This document shows positions 49,836-52,274 of a DNA stretch of 52,274 nucleotides, piece after piece. The DNA is taken from positions 1 through 52,274 of the forward strand of contig CDMY01000555.1 in the NCBI GenBank assembly GCA_001179505.1, in the 5' to 3' direction. The DNA is from Vitrella brassicaformis CCMP3155. Lineage: Eukaryota > Protista > Chromerida. The number at the start of each line of letters is the position of its first letter. The first letter of the stretch is position 1. Made by a program: the position numbers and the translations under genes. Below the pieces are notes generated by a model, which was not told the origin of the DNA, searched no databases, and saw only the letters and a list, made by a program, of their open reading frames with translations.

Positions 49836-51428
49836 TTAATCGATGAAGCCGATGGCCACGAAGATAACCAGGCTGACGGCCATCAACGCCATGCCCGCAA
49901 TCACGAGGGCGGAGCTGACGCGGTCCTGCAAAGGCATCGGACGCACAGCCAATGACAACCAGTGTGCCACCCACTGCCCTGACCCACACCCACCCCCCCA
50001 CGCACTGACGCACTCACGTGTGGGTCGTATCTGAGGGCTGCTGGCATGAGCTTCCTCACAGACATGTGCACCATCAGGCCACCCACCAGCCCAAAGAGAA
50101 TGGCGATCGCCGTTGACGAGATGTTGTTGGACAATATCAGCGATGAGCGACCAGCCGAAGGCCTTGCACTGCTCCCGGTCGCATAGTATATTGGCACGGA
50201 CACAGCCACGCCCTCGGGGAAGCTGTGAATGTCTGTCGCCACAGCGACTCCTGAAACACGCACGCACGCAGTGCAAAGACCCAATCAAGCTCGCCAACGT
50301 CTGCCCGTCTGCAGTGCGCTCCAGTTAGTTACTGTACCCAGGCCAAACTTGGGGTCGGCCGCTGGACAGAGATAAGTTCAGCAGGTTCCCCTTGTCGCGC
50401 GCCGGCCTGCCAAGGGCCGCCTTGCCCGCACCATTCCTGCCGTCCTGACAACACAAATACCACGATAGGCCAGTGGTCGATACAGCCGGCTAATCGCGTG
50501 GAAACTGTGGTCAAACACCCACCTTTGGCGGCGGTGTTTCCGTCTCTTCGGCCGATCTGGGTTTGTCGGCGGCCTCGACATGCTCGTGTGACGTGGAGGG
50601 TGATGACGCTGAGCCGCTCTGGTGGGTGTCCACCGTCTCCTCGATGGACAGACTGACTGAAGGAGCACCAAATGAAGGACACCCATATTGATTGTGCATC
50701 GTCCGTCGTCAGTCATGTCGTCTTTTCGCAGGCAGCGGCTGGCTTACGGGGACGTTTTGTTTCTGTGCCGCGCAGCGCACTTGCAGTGAGTGGCGTCATC
50801 TTGGCCTCCTGCGCCATCTCCTCGGGCGACCTGGACAGCCCCTCCAGCGTCACGGGCGGCTCGTGATGGACCTTGTCGTGGTCGTGCTCGTAGCCAAACA
50901 GCCTACACACACACACACAAATATACACACAGGGAGATGGAGGCCTGCTGCTCTTTCAGGGCTTTTGTTGCTCCGTTCGCCGGCCACCGACCGCAGAAGA
51001 AGACCAGCGTCGCGAGAGGGTTTGCCTGCGTCTTGTCGAACCCAGATCTCACAAACTCATCCTGCACACAAACACACACGCACATGGATCGTGTAGTGCG
51101 TGATACGAGCTCGGTGAGAGCGCCCGTCGCCCACCTCAGGCGCATACCCATTGCTTTGTAGAATATCTCGATGAAGGAGATGTACAGCATCACCCCCGCC
51201 GACAGCGACAGGCACACAGCGAAGATCAGATCCGCGGCTTGGACGTCGGCAAACAGAAAGACAGACCACAGCACTGCCGCCAGCCAAACCTGCGCACAAC
51301 ACACGAACACAGCTACAGCTGAATATGGCAACGTCATTGCGCCGAATGGTGGCAGAGGTTGGCGTGAGCGTACCAGCGAGTGACGACAGGCCTAAACCGA
51401 CACCCAGACGATACTCGGACTCCGTCAC
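49836..51428 (-). pseudogene. ZIP (ZupT/GufA-like) zinc/iron transporter, unprocessed pseudogene with deletions and frameshifts
   Basis: FAVCLSLSAGVMLYISFIEIF, His-rich loop EHDHDKVHHE, ADPKFGL/GVAVATDIHSFPEGVAVSVPIYYATGS, LFGLVGGLMV..SVRKLMPAALRYDP. TM4 HNxPEG segment missing with a frame change at ~50365; KAFGWSLIA is out of frame at ~50140-50170; no in-frame ATG for the first exon. Confidence 0.75.
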
Positions 51429-51839
51429 GCTCCGCGACCTTGTGCGTCAGAAATCGACTGCCGCTCCGCCTTGATGCAGGGACGTGTCTCAGGACCGCAC
51501 AGGGGCGTACGCCCCTTGGCGGCTCCGCTCGTCGCCTCCTTCCGTCGGACCAAAGTGCGAGCTGTTGCGACACACGGCTCCAACTCAAGAATTGGCCAAA
51601 AGCGCAGCCGTTCTGTCTCTCTCTTGGTGGGGGTCAGTTCGATGCTCGGCGGGATTGGAAAACCCTAAGCTCGCACACCAGCCAACTGCTGACGCCAAAA
51701 ACTACAGTAATAGCGAAAAACCACCGCGACCACGCGGCGAGAATCGCGGCGAGAAGACGGCGAGACGGACGGATTTTTAGAAGGCGAACAGTTTCCTACA
51801 GCTTCGGTTCCTGAGACTCTCCTGAGAGAGTCTTCAAGT

Positions 51840-52066
51840 ACCACCGTCGTGCGAGGGAACCACCATGGACGACATGATTTTGAACAAATATGAGGCCCGG
51901 AAGGCGCCGCGGCACTGACCTCCGAGCTCGACGCCAGGTGAATGGGAACGTGCAGTACGTGCACATCAGGTGGAAAGGAGGTCGGTGGGTAGCGATTTTT
52001 CCTTTGAAGCACCACCGTCGGCGAGAAACACCATGAACGACATCATTTTGAACGAAAAGGAGGCCC
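51840..52066. repeat. Diverged ~57-bp direct repeat (two copies, 171 bp apart)
   Basis: accaccgtcgtgcgagggaaccaccatggacgacatgattttgaacaaatatgaggccc (51840-51898) versus accaccgtcggcgagaaacaccatgaacgacatcattttgaacgaaaaggaggccc (52011-52066). Confidence 0.8.
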
Positions 52067-52274
52067 GACGGGGAAGAGATAATTGACAGATGGCATCCAT
52101 GCACTCGCTTGTCCAAATCGCCTCCATGAATCTATCCACATATGCCTATGCACAAAGAGCACGCTCACTCATCCGATGAGAACACCCCAGCCCCGTCCAT
52201 CGCCCCAACACCACGCCATGACTGCCTCCCGCCCCTCAAACACAGGCTAGCAGCCCGCACCAATGCAACAGACA

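Noticed and set aside
50903-51337. Intact ZIP gene starting at ATG 51337
   Set aside because: Even with this start the downstream exons lack TM4 and require a frame change, so no full transporter can be assembled.

Overview
Eukaryotic nuclear DNA: GC-rich, gene-dense and very intron-rich, with short GT-AG introns full of (GT)n, (AC)n, (CAGA)n, (CATC)n and (GA)n microsatellites. A spliced DNA gyrase B with a bipartite (signal + transit) leader points to an alveolate with a complex plastid; the style fits the chromerid Vitrella brassicaformis, which is my inference and not a database result. About 19 loci are recognisable, in order: aldo-keto reductase (partial, -), small polytopic membrane protein (+), sphingomyelinase-like metallophosphoesterase (+), stand-alone bacterial-type riboflavin kinase (-), gyrB (-), Myb-like/TM protein with bipartite-like leader (+), a 300-N gap, HsdR_N-like PD-(D/E)xK-fold protein with degenerate active site (+), EF-hand protein (-), ODR4-like protein ending HDEL (+), START protein (+), Rab8/Sec4-like GTPase (-), three paralogous ankyrin genes with intronless bodies (+) interleaved with a hypothetical gene and glycerol kinase (both -), BK/Slo-type K+ channel (+), GPR180/TMEM145-like 7TM protein (-), and a deleted/frameshifted ZIP transporter pseudogene (-). 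Strongest leads: (1) introns with AC-rich 5' and GT-rich 3' arms that could fold to pair the splice sites; (2) a mosaic, apparently recombining ankyrin family with a near-invariant C-terminal module; (3) a run of four putative plastid-targeted genes including a dead-nuclease-fold protein and a membrane-anchored Myb-like protein beside gyrB. Coordinates of spliced genes are hand-built first-to-last-codon spans and some exon boundaries are uncertain. No rRNA, tRNA, CRISPR array or transposase was recognised.
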